Positions 8,285-17,335 of a stretch of DNA of 64,000 nt are shown piece by piece. Source of the stretch: a virus (taxonomy: Duplodnaviria; Caudoviricetes); IMG/VR virus record IMGVR_UViG_3300013296_000013, positions 29,312 to 93,311 of that record; one strand, 5' to 3'. Position numbers and translations under genes: made by a program. Numbering within the stretch: position 1 is the stretch's first letter; each line of letters begins with the position of its first letter. Under the pieces are notes generated by a model that saw only the letters and a program-made list of their open reading frames with translations, was not told the DNA's origin and did not search any database.

Positions 8285-8745
8285 CAGAACAGCTCCTTCG
8301 ATTCGATCTGTACGTAGAAGTGATTTTGGTGAGTGATCGAGCCGTAGCGACTGTGGCTCTTCTGATAGACGTTACCGTCGTACGAGTAGAACTCGGTAGC
8401 GATCTCGTTTGCCGTAGCCGATCGTTCGCGTACGTGTTGGCCGAGTGGGTTCTCCAGCACGATGGCGTGGGTGTGACTCTCCTCGTCGATCATCTGGCTG
8501 ATCGCGTCCTCGACACTGATGTCGAGTTGATCTAGAGTGAAGCCGGCCGGTTCGATGACCAGTTCGCCGATCTCGTCGAGGTACGGTTCGATCTGGTCGC
8601 GCATGAGGTCGGCGAGCGTCGACACGTTCTTCGCCTCGATGATGTCGAGTACCTGCCTCGACTCGTCATTGGCCTCGCTCTCGAACAGGACGACACGGAT
8701 CGCTTTGGGCGAGTGGCGATATGCGTTCATCGAGTAGCTTGTCAT
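8284..8745 (-). CDS. Hypothetical acidic protein
   Basis: ORF with SD and promoter. Confidence 0.7.
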   Translation of the reverse strand: MTSYSMNAYRHSPKAIRVVLFESEANDESRQVLDIIEAKNVSTLADLMRDQIEPYLDEIGELVIEPAGFTLDQLDISVEDAISQMIDEESHTHAIVLENPLGQHVRERSATANEIATEFYSYDGNVYQKSHSRYGSITHQNHFYVQIESKELF

Positions 8746-8770
8746 CGTTGGTTTCCCTTACCTTGTTAAA

Positions 8771-8803
8771 CCCATTATAAGGGAGTTTGTTCGAAATGTC
8801 AAC
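8771..8803 (-). promoter_or_regulatory. Early promoter, near-identical to 9292-9324
   Basis: GTTGACATTTCGAACAAACTCCCTTATAATGGG. Confidence 0.8.
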
Positions 8804-8811
8804 CGACTATC

Positions 8812-8997
8812 TCAGCTCCACATCACGTCGGGGCGGTTCGCTCGATCTCGAGCAGCATGGCCGGGATCGTTCGACGACAGGCCGATGTAGTGACCGTCGA
8901 CGTTGTGAGTCAGCGGGACGAACTGGCTGAAGAGACGTGCGTAGTAGTGTACGCGCTTCCTCCAGCGACGGACGCGAGCTCGCTTCTGCTTCTTCAT
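8812..8997 (-). CDS. Hypothetical protein
   Basis: AGGAG SD. Confidence 0.55.
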   Translation of the reverse strand: MKKQKRARVRRWRKRVHYYARLFSQFVPLTHNVDGHYIGLSSNDPGHAARDRANRPDVMWS

Positions 8998-9008
8998 GAC
9001 AGTGCTCC

Positions 9009-9266
9009 TTATGCGGGGCGATAACGGCCGACGAGCTCGTTCGCGTTCTTCGCGGCGACCTGCACTTCGTAGCGCTTGCCGTCGACTTCGATCTTGAACG
9101 TGAACGTCGCGCTAGACGATTCGAGAACCTTGACGCCGTACGTCTTCTCGAAGGAGGCGACGTAATCGTTCCAGTCCTCGTACTGCTTCTCGTCCTGCCA
9201 GCGCTCGTACAGGTAGAAGAAGTGATTGCTGTTGATGATCGTGGTGAGAACTGCAGGAACGGACAT
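9009..9266 (-). CDS. Hypothetical protein
   Basis: MSVPAVL start after AAGGA SD; promoter upstream. Confidence 0.65.
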   Translation of the reverse strand: MSVPAVLTTIINSNHFFYLYERWQDEKQYEDWNDYVASFEKTYGVKVLESSSATFTFKIEVDGKRYEVQVAAKNANELVGRYRPA

Positions 9267-9291
9267 CGTTTGTATCCTTGCTGTTGATACA

Positions 9292-9324
9292 CCCATTATA
9301 AGGGTGTTTGTACGAAATGTCAAC
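9292..9324 (-). promoter_or_regulatory. Early promoter
   Basis: GTTGACATTTCGTACAAACACCCTTATAATGGG. Confidence 0.8.
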
Positions 9325-9522
9325 TCACGTTTCGTACACGAGGAAGTAGTTATCGCCCTTCTTGAAGCCGTTGATGCGATCGAACTGATCGACCCAAATC
9401 TCGTCGCCGACCACGATCTCCTGATCGGCGGCGTTGCTGACGGCAGCGTACGACTCCTGTTCGGAGTGCAGCGCGGTCCACTTGAACCGGTCGTTCCAGC
9501 TGTCGAACTGCGTCTTCGGCAC
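9325..9522 (-). CDS. Hypothetical protein (similar to 11786..12034)
   Basis: Shared WVD.FD C-terminal motif. Confidence 0.5.
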   Translation of the reverse strand: MPKTQFDSWNDRFKWTALHSEQESYAAVSNAADQEIVVGDEIWVDQFDRINGFKKGDNYFLVYET

Positions 9523-9563
9523 TGAATATAGCGATGCACAGTGCTATACGTGGTCATAAAGCG

Positions 9564-9773
9564 TCAAAGCCTCTTCTGCTCGAGATTGTTATAGCGACGG
9601 AAACCGGTCTCTGCGCGAACGAGAATGTACTCCCATTCGCCCTTACCAGCGAGACCATTCATCCAGCGATGAGCGTTCTGTTCTGCGTCGTCAATGTCGC
9701 GCCCTTCGATGGTCTTGGATTTGTATCCGAACATGCTGCCGGCGACGGTGTAGAACAGGATGAAGCGCTCCAT
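9564..9773 (-). CDS. Hypothetical protein
   Basis: ORF. Confidence 0.55.
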   Translation of the reverse strand: MERFILFYTVAGSMFGYKSKTIEGRDIDDAEQNAHRWMNGLAGKGEWEYILVRAETGFRRYNNLEQKRL

Positions 9774-9906
9774 CAGTGCATATCCTCGAACGCGCAGATG
9801 ATAGCTGCGACAGCGGCTGGAATAACGAAGAACAAATACATCGTCCGTTTCCTTCCATTTGATATAGTGATACTAACACCATATGGAGAAAACGTCAACG
9901 GCTATA

Positions 9907-10134
9907 TTATGACTCTTGCGCCTTTCGTGCATGAGCGGTGACCCATCCGCTCATATAGTGCATCATCTTCTGCGTGTCGTCGTCACTCCCATTGTGCATA
10001 ACGTGACGAATGCACTGAGCAGCAAGTTCGTATTGGATGTCGTTCGGAATAGCGAGCCGACCGATCTCCTGGTTCTTGTCGTCATTGAGGTATATCGACG
10101 GCCCGGTGATTCCGTAGTGGACCTGCAGTTTCAT
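9907..10134 (-). CDS. Hypothetical protein
   Basis: GGAG SD, promoter. Confidence 0.6.
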   Translation of the reverse strand: MKLQVHYGITGPSIYLNDDKNQEIGRLAIPNDIQYELAAQCIRHVMHNGSDDDTQKMMHYMSGWVTAHARKAQES

Positions 10135-10193
10135 GACTTGATAACTCCGATTGATATAGTCAGTATACTACATCTCGGTATTGATGTAAACTG

Positions 10194-10625
10194 TTAATTG
10201 TTATTGTTTGGGAGATAGAAGTTGTTATATAGAACGCGTTCAGTATCACTCAGGTTAGTATGAATCGCCGAATAGTTCTCGATAGTAATATGATAACCAT
10301 CGCCGCTGTCTTGGATGAAAGCGCCGCCACTGGCGTACGAATATCCGCGCGCATCGTCGCCATAAACTGTCGCAAAGTCTTCATCACTCGAATCGATCTC
10401 TTGACGTGATGCGACGAACTGTTCGAACGTAAGAACTCCTGGTTTCAGCGCTGGCTGAGGGGTGATCTCATCGACGCGAAGAGCGAACATACGACCGAGA
10501 TATTCGATCGTGATCGGAGCATTGAAATCCGAGAACGAGATGTGATCGATCACACTTCTAGGCTTTTTCATCTCAAGCCGAATAAGATCCATCACCCATT
10601 CGTATAGAGGGCAGTCTTGCATCAT
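10194..10625 (-). CDS. Hypothetical protein
   Basis: ORF. Confidence 0.6.
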   Translation of the reverse strand: MMQDCPLYEWVMDLIRLEMKKPRSVIDHISFSDFNAPITIEYLGRMFALRVDEITPQPALKPGVLTFEQFVASRQEIDSSDEDFATVYGDDARGYSYASGGAFIQDSGDGYHITIENYSAIHTNLSDTERVLYNNFYLPNNNN

Positions 10626-10855
10626 TTCACCTCAGCTATCATACACCACACGATAAAGATGATCGCCATGATGACCAAGAAGGGAATGCAAAAGATAAGG
10701 AACTGCATCGCTTCAGGCTGATGGCGACTCATCACGTGTACGTACCACGACTTGATGAGTCTTGGAGCGATGATGATCGCTCCACAGAACCCAACGACTA
10801 TAGCGACACGATATATAATTCGCCGAGGCGAATTGTGTTTGTTTCGGATGATCAT
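10622..10855 (-). CDS. Hypothetical membrane protein (2 TM)
   Basis: Two hydrophobic segments. Confidence 0.6.
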   Translation of the reverse strand: MIIRNKHNSPRRIIYRVAIVVGFCGAIIIAPRLIKSWYVHVMSRHQPEAMQFLIFCIPFLVIMAIIFIVWCMIAEVK

Positions 10856-10856
10856 A

Positions 10857-11327
10857 TCAACCGATCCGAATAATATGGAGATCTCCGATGTCGATCATCT
10901 CGACATCTACGAACTGTTCGATAATCTGCTGCTTGCGCCGGAGAGATCGATCCGTATTATGAATTCGCCCAGCTAGATCGCTGAACATCATCTCGAGGAA
11001 TTCCATCGATTGAATAGCTTCCTCAGTAGTCGAATGAGAGTGAACCATCATGCGCTCAAATAGCGTGACTACCATCTGAATGCTGCATCCGTCGCACATC
11101 GTCTTAGCGTCGCTTATCGAGATGCCGTTCTGTTTGGCGACCTCGGCGTACATCGTCTCGAGCATCGCATCGGCGATCCGAGCTTTCTCAGGCGACCGGT
11201 CGCCGAACCGAGCACCAGTAGCAGTGAGAATATGCATCTCGTCTTCACCGGGAGTGTGTTGGTTTGATATGCGTTGTGGGATGGTGGGTTCGCGATGTTC
11301 ACTGCCGATGAAACGATGGTCATCCAT
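10857..11327 (-). CDS. Hypothetical protein
   Basis: GGAGG SD and promoter upstream. Confidence 0.65.
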   Translation of the reverse strand: MDDHRFIGSEHREPTIPQRISNQHTPGEDEMHILTATGARFGDRSPEKARIADAMLETMYAEVAKQNGISISDAKTMCDGCSIQMVVTLFERMMVHSHSTTEEAIQSMEFLEMMFSDLAGRIHNTDRSLRRKQQIIEQFVDVEMIDIGDLHIIRIG

Positions 11328-11399
11328 GTACTACCTCCATTTGTAGGTATACTATAACCCATGATGGGAATAAAGTAAACCTCTATTTTAGAGCTTACT

Positions 11400-11738
11400 T
11401 TATTGAACCGTCTTCGGTATCGGTGCGAGCTTTCTGCAGTGTTCGAACATGCGTGTTGCCACGAGCGGCGTGATGCCAGCATCAGTCTCGTCGGTCGTGA
11501 TCGCAAAAAGCGCCGGGAGTGGTCCGATGGTGAAGATACCAATCATCTGCTCGTTGTCGAACGTTTGCAGTTCGTATCCGTCGTTATGCTTGAAGAACTG
11601 CTTGACCAACGGGAACATGTCGTCCAGCGAGTTCGGCCTGATCTCGCCGGTCCAGATGTCATTGCCGGTGCTGACGTTATAGAAGTGGATGAACATCGGG
11701 CCAAGCGTAGTCGGCATGTTCGGATTCAGCTTGCTCAT
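11400..11738 (-). CDS. Hypothetical protein
   Basis: GGAG SD. Confidence 0.65.
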   Translation of the reverse strand: MSKLNPNMPTTLGPMFIHFYNVSTGNDIWTGEIRPNSLDDMFPLVKQFFKHNDGYELQTFDNEQMIGIFTIGPLPALFAITTDETDAGITPLVATRMFEHCRKLAPIPKTVQ

Positions 11739-11785
11739 AACATCTCCAATCCATTTGAATAGTTTATTCTATCCACACCAAATGA

Positions 11786-12034
11786 TTAGGATTCGGCGCT
11801 ATAGAAATGGTTAAGCTTCTGAAAGACCATGACGATGTCGAACTCGTCGACCCACACCAGATCGTTCAGAACGAGATTAACAGGTTTGTCATCGTCGCCG
11901 GCGAGTTCGAACTCCATCGAACGCTTGATAATTCGGCTATCGAGCCCCTTGCGAGCGATCCGACCGAAGGCTTCAGCTTTCGTGAAGTCACGAAAGCTCT
12001 TAGCTGTTCTCAGGCCTGTAAGAGTCGCTACCAT
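11786..12034 (-). CDS. Hypothetical protein
   Basis: Own promoter. Confidence 0.6.
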   Translation of the reverse strand: MVATLTGLRTAKSFRDFTKAEAFGRIARKGLDSRIIKRSMEFELAGDDDKPVNLVLNDLVWVDEFDIVMVFQKLNHFYSAES

Positions 12035-12099
12035 CGAGTGTTCCCCTTTCCATTGATAGGATTATATTAACACGTCTAATAAGCATTGTAAACATTCGT

Positions 12100-12363
12100 T
12101 TACAGGTCAACATCCTTCCATGGTGTCCCATTAGCATCGATCGCTAATTCATGGAGATTGAGTTGTTCTCCAATCCATTGGACCATGTCGAGATGCTTGC
12201 ACGGCCGTTTGTACGAGAGACAATTACAGCTCTTGCGCCCGGAGGTAAGCACCGTGTAGGTGACCTCGGGCGTCATCGAATAATAGTCCCATTTCGACAC
12301 CTCGAACCAGTCGTACCGTATACGACGAAACGTATAGTAAGGCGCTGGAACAACGAGTTCCAC
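12100..12363 (-). CDS. SWIM zinc-finger protein
   Basis: CNC.....PCKH. Confidence 0.65.
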   Translation of the reverse strand: MELVVPAPYYTFRRIRYDWFEVSKWDYYSMTPEVTYTVLTSGRKSCNCLSYKRPCKHLDMVQWIGEQLNLHELAIDANGTPWKDVDL

Positions 12364-12768
12364 CTATCTCGCTTTCGTCTTCTCGATAATTGGATCGAGC
12401 ATATTCGTCCATATATTAGCCATCATACCGGTCGATGGATGTGGCATGTTATTTTCTCGAGTATGCTTGAGAATAGCATGCACGATACCAGCTTCGGAAG
12501 CGGTCAGTTCAGTTGGCTGATGGAGTGGTTCGCGAAGTCTGATCGGCTCTTTGTTCTCGACCCAGAATTCATAGTCTCCTACGATGATGTGGCTACCATC
12601 CACGATCGCTAAAATCGTATCAGGGTCGATAGTTACGTCGGTGTCGAACAGCTCATCAAGATTGCCAAGACCGTGAATAAGCGATTCTTTGTTCGCGAAT
12701 GGAATGACCATGTCGTCATTATCATCGTTGACCGGATCGCGAACCCAGAGAAGATAAACCATTGACAA
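12364..12768 (-). CDS. Hypothetical protein
   Basis: AGGAG SD, promoter. Confidence 0.6.
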   Translation of the reverse strand: MSMVYLLWVRDPVNDDNDDMVIPFANKESLIHGLGNLDELFDTDVTIDPDTILAIVDGSHIIVGDYEFWVENKEPIRLREPLHQPTELTASEAGIVHAILKHTRENNMPHPSTGMMANIWTNMLDPIIEKTKAR

Positions 12769-12811
12769 TCTCCTGTTGATGGTGTTAGTATAACACGATC
12801 AGGTTAAAACG

Positions 12812-13291
12812 TCAACGGTCATCCACTCGGCGCAGATAATAGTAGTCGGTGCTTGGTCGATGATACTCGCCATGCTGACCGAGCCGCGCAACCATCTCCT
12901 TGATCGTGTCAGGTCTCATGTCGAACGATTCGATGTGTTTGATCGCCTCGTTCTTGGAGTCGAAGTGGATGATCGTCGGCAGCGACATATCGGTGGTGAT
13001 ATGAATGAACACCCAGCGCTCGTTAGCGTCAAGTGGACCATCGGACTGAAGCGTACCGTCTTCATTATCGAACACTGCGACGCGACTGGACATATAGACT
13101 CCCATGTAGTTCCAGCGATCGTAGACGACCACGATACCGGCATCACGCTGGTGGATTGATGGAGATGAACGAGCTACACCATCTTCACGGGAGAAGAACG
13201 CTACGATCGCTGCTTGACATTCTTCGGATGCATCGACCGCATTATTCTTAAAACCCTCATCGAGCCACAGTTGGTCTTCGAAATCGATCAT
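12812..13291 (-). CDS. Hypothetical protein
   Basis: GGAG SD. Confidence 0.65.
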   Translation of the reverse strand: MIDFEDQLWLDEGFKNNAVDASEECQAAIVAFFSREDGVARSSPSIHQRDAGIVVVYDRWNYMGVYMSSRVAVFDNEDGTLQSDGPLDANERWVFIHITTDMSLPTIIHFDSKNEAIKHIESFDMRPDTIKEMVARLGQHGEYHRPSTDYYYLRRVDDR

Positions 13292-13320
13292 ATGTTCTCC
13301 ACAACCTTACATATCGTACA

Positions 13321-13638
13321 TCAGGCCTGCATCATGTCAACGATCTGACCGGTGCTTCGATTGATGCAGCGAACTCTTCCCGTCGCGGACAGCTTTACAG
13401 CGCGCTCCATCGACTGTTGACGGCCGACATCGGTGTTCTGACACTGAAATCGCGTCCCCCACCAGCCGCCCGAGCTCTGAACTTGAACATCGAGCATCTC
13501 GCGCTTTCCATTCGGTTGATTAACAGAGCCGAGAAATGTGTTCCATCTCGGGAATCGCGACTTCATATCGCCCAAGCACCAAACGGTGACCACGATAAGA
13601 AAGAGCATCAGTTTGAATGGAAAGAGAACGTACCGCAT
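13321..13638 (-). CDS. Hypothetical protein with N-terminal TM/signal segment
   Basis: Hydrophobic N-terminus, promoter. Confidence 0.55.
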   Translation of the reverse strand: MRYVLFPFKLMLFLIVVTVWCLGDMKSRFPRWNTFLGSVNQPNGKREMLDVQVQSSGGWWGTRFQCQNTDVGRQQSMERAVKLSATGRVRCINRSTGQIVDMMQA

Positions 13639-13728
13639 TTGCTTACTTCCTATTGATATAGTCAGTATACCACATTCAGTAGAAGATGTATACTAACAAA
13701 CCAATCACTAGGAGCAAGAGCGTTGGAC

Positions 13729-13944
13729 TTACGTGAGATACGGCATCTCTTTCACGCTCCAGATATAGCCACCGACTGTCTGGGAGCCGCTGGTCTTGAG
13801 CATGAGTTCGTCGAGCTGAAAACCGAGTGTGTCGGCGACCTCGATGAGCTTCTTGATGACCTGGTCTGGGTCGAGGCCTCCGCCATGAATGCTGCATTGA
13901 TCGGTCCCGATGTCCTCGACTGCCGCGTAATAGATCGTCAACAT
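13729..13944 (-). CDS. Hypothetical protein
   Basis: ORF. Confidence 0.5.
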   Translation of the reverse strand: MLTIYYAAVEDIGTDQCSIHGGGLDPDQVIKKLIEVADTLGFQLDELMLKTSGSQTVGGYIWSVKEMPYLT

Positions 13945-13953
13945 ATGGTAAGC

Positions 13954-14148
13954 CTACAGTTCGAGTATGTCCGTCATCTTGAATATCGCGCGGTCGACAG
14001 AGAACCGCTGGTAGATGAAGTGGAAGCCGTTCTTCCGGATCACGCCGACACCGCCGACGACCTTCGGATCCAGTTCGACCGTATCGATCAGCACGTCCTT
14101 GTTGTCGTACAGTTCGACATTGACGGTCTGGGTGTTCGTATCAGCCAT
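13954..14148 (-). CDS. Hypothetical protein
   Basis: GGAG SD. Confidence 0.6.
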   Translation of the reverse strand: MADTNTQTVNVELYDNKDVLIDTVELDPKVVGGVGVIRKNGFHFIYQRFSVDRAIFKMTDILEL

Positions 14149-14332
14149 TAGTCTTCTCCCTATAGGCCTTCACCTCGGCCTGGACCTCTTCGACGGTGGC
14201 GCCGGACTCCTGGATGTCAGCATCGTAGTCGAGCATGTCGACCGCGATCTCTTCGTCGCTCCAATCGAGAAAGTTCACTTCGTTCTCGAGAGCGTTACGG
14301 AATGCTTCCTCGACTAGTTCCTTGAGCGCCAT
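14141..14332 (-). CDS. Small acidic hypothetical protein
   Basis: MALKELVEEAF..., own promoter. Confidence 0.6.
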   Translation of the reverse strand: MALKELVEEAFRNALENEVNFLDWSDEEIAVDMLDYDADIQESGATVEEVQAEVKAYREKTNG

Positions 14333-14387
14333 GTTTCCCTTCATTTGATAGAGGTATCTTAATCCAGTGACCGGAAAATGTCAACGG

Positions 14388-14618
14388 CTATTTTGGGCGC
14401 CAGCGCTCGAACTCCTCAAGGGCTTCCTCGCGGGTGAACGGCATTCCGGATCGCGGGTTGTTCGGACCGAGGTCTGGATTGCGATCGCGTTCCCAATGGC
14501 AGTCATCGTTCTGCCAGCACATGACTTTCCATCTGTCATGACCGTCTTTATGGACGACCATCTCGATGTGGTTGCCAGACATATCATCGAACTCGTACTG
14601 ATCGGTGTACGTAGGCAT
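14388..14618 (-). CDS. Hypothetical protein
   Basis: TAATG coupling. Confidence 0.6.
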   Translation of the reverse strand: MPTYTDQYEFDDMSGNHIEMVVHKDGHDRWKVMCWQNDDCHWERDRNPDLGPNNPRSGMPFTREEALEEFERWRPK

Positions 14619-14824
14619 TATGCGAACTTTATCTCGAGGGAGACCATATCATTCACCGGATCGAGACCGTCCGCCCACATCTTATTGATGCATTCGGTGA
14701 CAGCCTCACCCATAGCTTCGGACGGAAGATCGGTCGACATGACAGCGCTATGAAAGTACTTGTGTGCTTTCTGCCCGTGTATAGACGGCATGATCGAAAT
14801 GAGCGCGTTTGGTTGCTTGGCCAT
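14618..14824 (-). CDS. Hypothetical protein
   Basis: MAKQPN start after AAGGA. Confidence 0.55.
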   Translation of the reverse strand: MAKQPNALISIMPSIHGQKAHKYFHSAVMSTDLPSEAMGEAVTECINKMWADGLDPVNDMVSLEIKFA

Positions 14825-14834
14825 GCTCGGTCCT

Positions 14835-15063
14835 TCAGTTAAGCAGGAGATAGGTGATGATGACTTCATTCGGATCATCGCTATCGCGCTTGCATCCGAT
14901 CAAGCAGACATCATTCGGTTTGAAGCCCATGCGCTCGAGTTCGGTCTCAGCTTCAGCGGCGGTCAGCTTGAGATCGCCAATCAGAGTGGACGGCCCGATC
15001 TGACCAGACATATCGAACCGAAATTCGAGCTTCTTCAGGTTGATCTTCGGCTTGAACGACATG
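14835..15063 (-). CDS. Hypothetical protein
   Basis: MSFKPK start after GGAGG; promoter. Confidence 0.6.
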
Positions 15064-15138
15064 GTGTATCCTCCATTTGATAGGATGATCTTATCACCAT
15101 ACAACAGAAACGTCAACCCTAAAATAAGGATTGACGTT

Positions 15139-15405
15139 TCATTCTGTTGGTAATAGAAGCTGTTGGTAGACGAGGTCTTCTAGCTCGTGGAGTCCTTCAT
15201 CTCCATGTCGATATTCCATCTCGCCACCTATCGATGCGCAATAGAATGTCGGACCCATCTCTTCGATGTAACCAGAGAGTATTCCGTGTTCGTTAAAATA
15301 GATCAATCCCTTTGGAGTGACTTCTCCATCAGAGACTCCCAACATATCAGGAAGTTTGTCCGTGAACTGTCTCGTGCCACGCCAATCATGGATGTTAAAC
15401 GCCAC
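15139..15405 (-). CDS. Hypothetical protein
   Basis: GGGAG SD, GTG start. Confidence 0.6.
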   Translation of the reverse strand: MAFNIHDWRGTRQFTDKLPDMLGVSDGEVTPKGLIYFNEHGILSGYIEEMGPTFYCASIGGEMEYRHGDEGLHELEDLVYQQLLLPTE

Positions 15406-15419
15406 TCAACATACTCCCA

Positions 15420-15550
15420 GTTTTGGCCAGGATACTTCCCAACGATAGCACCCGGCTAAAGGTTGGTGTCGGTGACGATAAGTTTTGGAGGCTATCTCCA
15501 CACGGTTCCGACCAGCGAAGAGAAAGGTTGACTTATCGCCACCGACATAG
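15420..15550 (-). ncRNA. Structured intergenic RNA (multi-stem junction)
   Basis: 17-bp stem 15467-15483/15531-15547; its single mismatch is a G.U pair only on the - strand; inner hairpins. Confidence 0.55.
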
Positions 15551-15556
15551 GATCGA

Positions 15557-15745
15557 TCAGAGCGATCGATGTACGCTATTATTCGAATTATGAAAACGTT
15601 CGATCACCGACTCGTGGTTCTTCGACGGATCGAGAGATTTATTCTTGAACTTACTCTTACCAGTCGACATTGGGATACGTTGGACTCTGTGGTGTTTCCC
15701 GTCGATCTCTACCATCTTGATAGGACGACTGTCTCGCGCGCTCAT
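15557..15745 (-). CDS. Small basic hypothetical protein
   Basis: GGAG SD, promoter. Confidence 0.55.
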   Translation of the reverse strand: MSARDSRPIKMVEIDGKHHRVQRIPMSTGKSKFKNKSLDPSKNHESVIERFHNSNNSVHRSL

Positions 15746-15847
15746 CTGCTACCATCTCCAAGTGGAATTACACTCTAAACCAAAAGCTAAGCCGTGTAAA
15801 GGGCTATTTTTTTGGATGAATTAAATTTTAGTTAACGACGGATAACA

Positions 15848-16111
15848 TTATGCGAGTGGCTGTCTATATGAAAAGACGCTTTGAGGATTGGCTACAGTAT
15901 AGACCGTGGAATTAATCGTCACGGTCTTAGCAACTCGATTAGTTGGCTCTTCGGAGATGTTCTCGAGCTTATTCAGCTGATCAAAGAACATATAGCCGTC
16001 GTTATCTTCAGGTTGGAAGTCTTGAATGAAGATTGATTCGTTGTTTGTTGTGTACGTCATCGTCCATACTAAACCGTCAGACATGCGCATCACTGCTTTT
16101 TGTGAGTTCAT
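15848..16111 (-). CDS. Hypothetical protein
   Basis: ORF, weak SD. Confidence 0.45.
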   Translation of the reverse strand: MNSQKAVMRMSDGLVWTMTYTTNNESIFIQDFQPEDNDGYMFFDQLNKLENISEEPTNRVAKTVTINSTVYTVANPQSVFSYRQPLA

Positions 16112-16124
16112 AGCTATTCATTAT

Positions 16125-16318
16125 TTTGAGGAGGATGACGGGCCGTCGGCTGTGCGGGAAGAGATGTTAACCCCACCATGGGGATCTCTTCGAGCCGACG
16201 GCCCGTGACCGCCCCCTGGAAAAAGGGGAGAGAGGGCGGTGTTCGAAGGACAACGAGGGGCTAGATTGCGACCGCGATTGGAGATAGTAGAGGCAATCCA
16301 ATGCTATCCTTCGAGTAC
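16125..16318 (-). ncRNA. Putative ~190-nt structured sRNA with its own promoter
   Basis: Three GC-rich stem domains (14-bp perfect stem 16138-16151/16193-16206) downstream of GTTGACATTTT..TATAAG at 16319-16348. Confidence 0.65.
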
Positions 16319-16355
16319 CTTATATAATAGACACTAGAAAATGTCAACTAATTTT

Positions 16356-16574
16356 TTAAGCTGTTGTTAATTCACGCAACGTAAAATTATCTTGATGGAT
16401 GACGTTGAGCTTAACGAGACGTAGATTTCCACCGTGCCAGTCACGAGTGAACACATCGTAGAGCATCTTAGCGTCTTCATCGGATCGCGCTCTAAATGGC
16501 TCAGCGATACGACTCTCCCAACCAGTGGGATGAACGTATTCTTGGATGTCGTATTTCAAACAACCCTTAGCCAT
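16356..16574 (-). CDS. Hypothetical protein
   Basis: GGAGG SD. Confidence 0.6.
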   Translation of the reverse strand: MAKGCLKYDIQEYVHPTGWESRIAEPFRARSDEDAKMLYDVFTRDWHGGNLRLVKLNVIHQDNFTLRELTTA

Positions 16575-16631
16575 TTAATGTTTACCTCCATTCGTATGTT
16601 TGTTATAACACGTCAATGATGGAAGGTAAAC

Positions 16632-16670
16632 AAATAAAAACGGCCGAGGATGATGAGTCCCCGGCCGTTT
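16632..16670 (-). terminator. Intrinsic terminator after the PEP-CTERM gene
   Basis: AAACGGCCG..CGGCCGTTT followed by a U-tract. Confidence 0.7.
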
Positions 16671-16687
16671 CTGTGATCTGTTCGCTG

Positions 16688-17212
16688 TTAGGAGAACGAG
16701 ACCTGCTGTCGCCGGCTGCGCATCGAATAACCGATGCCAACGAACCCGATCATCATGAGAGACCAGGCCGCCGGTTCCGGAACCGCCGGAGTCGAATTGA
16801 TCGTACCGGCATAGGCTGCCGTCACGTACGAGTGGCCGCTGATGAACAGGCTGTAGTTTCCCGCCGCAAAATGCACCGGGTTTCCGATCGAATCGATCAA
16901 AGACCAGACATCGGTCCAGCCGTTGAGGTGAGATTCGGTCGTGGTGTGCGTGAACGGAACGCCGCCGAGCGTGATGGATGAGAAGTCGATATCACCCAGA
17001 TGATTATTGCCCAGCAAGCTGATATTGATCACCGAGCTCGTGACTTCGGAATCAGAAAGAGCCACCGAATAGACATCGGTAAAATTACCATTGCCGTGAC
17101 CATTTCCAAAATATCCGACACCACCACCGGTGAGATCGATGTCTACGGCTGATGCCGGCGCAGCCATCATGGCTGCAGCGGCAAGAACAGCCATCGCAGT
17201 AATATTACGCAT
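16688..17212 (-). CDS. Secreted FxDxF-type PEPxxWA-CTERM protein (exosortase substrate)
   Basis: Signal peptide AAPASA, GNFTDVY, C-terminal VPEPAAWSLMMIGFVGIGYSMRSRR. Confidence 0.9.
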   Translation of the reverse strand: MRNITAMAVLAAAAMMAAPASAVDIDLTGGGVGYFGNGHGNGNFTDVYSVALSDSEVTSSVINISLLGNNHLGDIDFSSITLGGVPFTHTTTESHLNGWTDVWSLIDSIGNPVHFAAGNYSLFISGHSYVTAAYAGTINSTPAVPEPAAWSLMMIGFVGIGYSMRSRRQQVSFS

Positions 17213-17335
17213 TAACGCCTCCATACCTTCCAATGGGTTGTACGCTACACTACAAATACAGGATGTTACTCAACCTGTATTATGAATACAGTAACCCACT
17301 TGATCTAAAATGTCAACGGCAATTTTCAAACTACA

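Noticed and set aside
16640-16670. TGATGAGTCC resembling a hammerhead ribozyme core
   Set aside because: No CTGATGA/GAAA core or three-stem layout; it is the loop of a terminator hairpin
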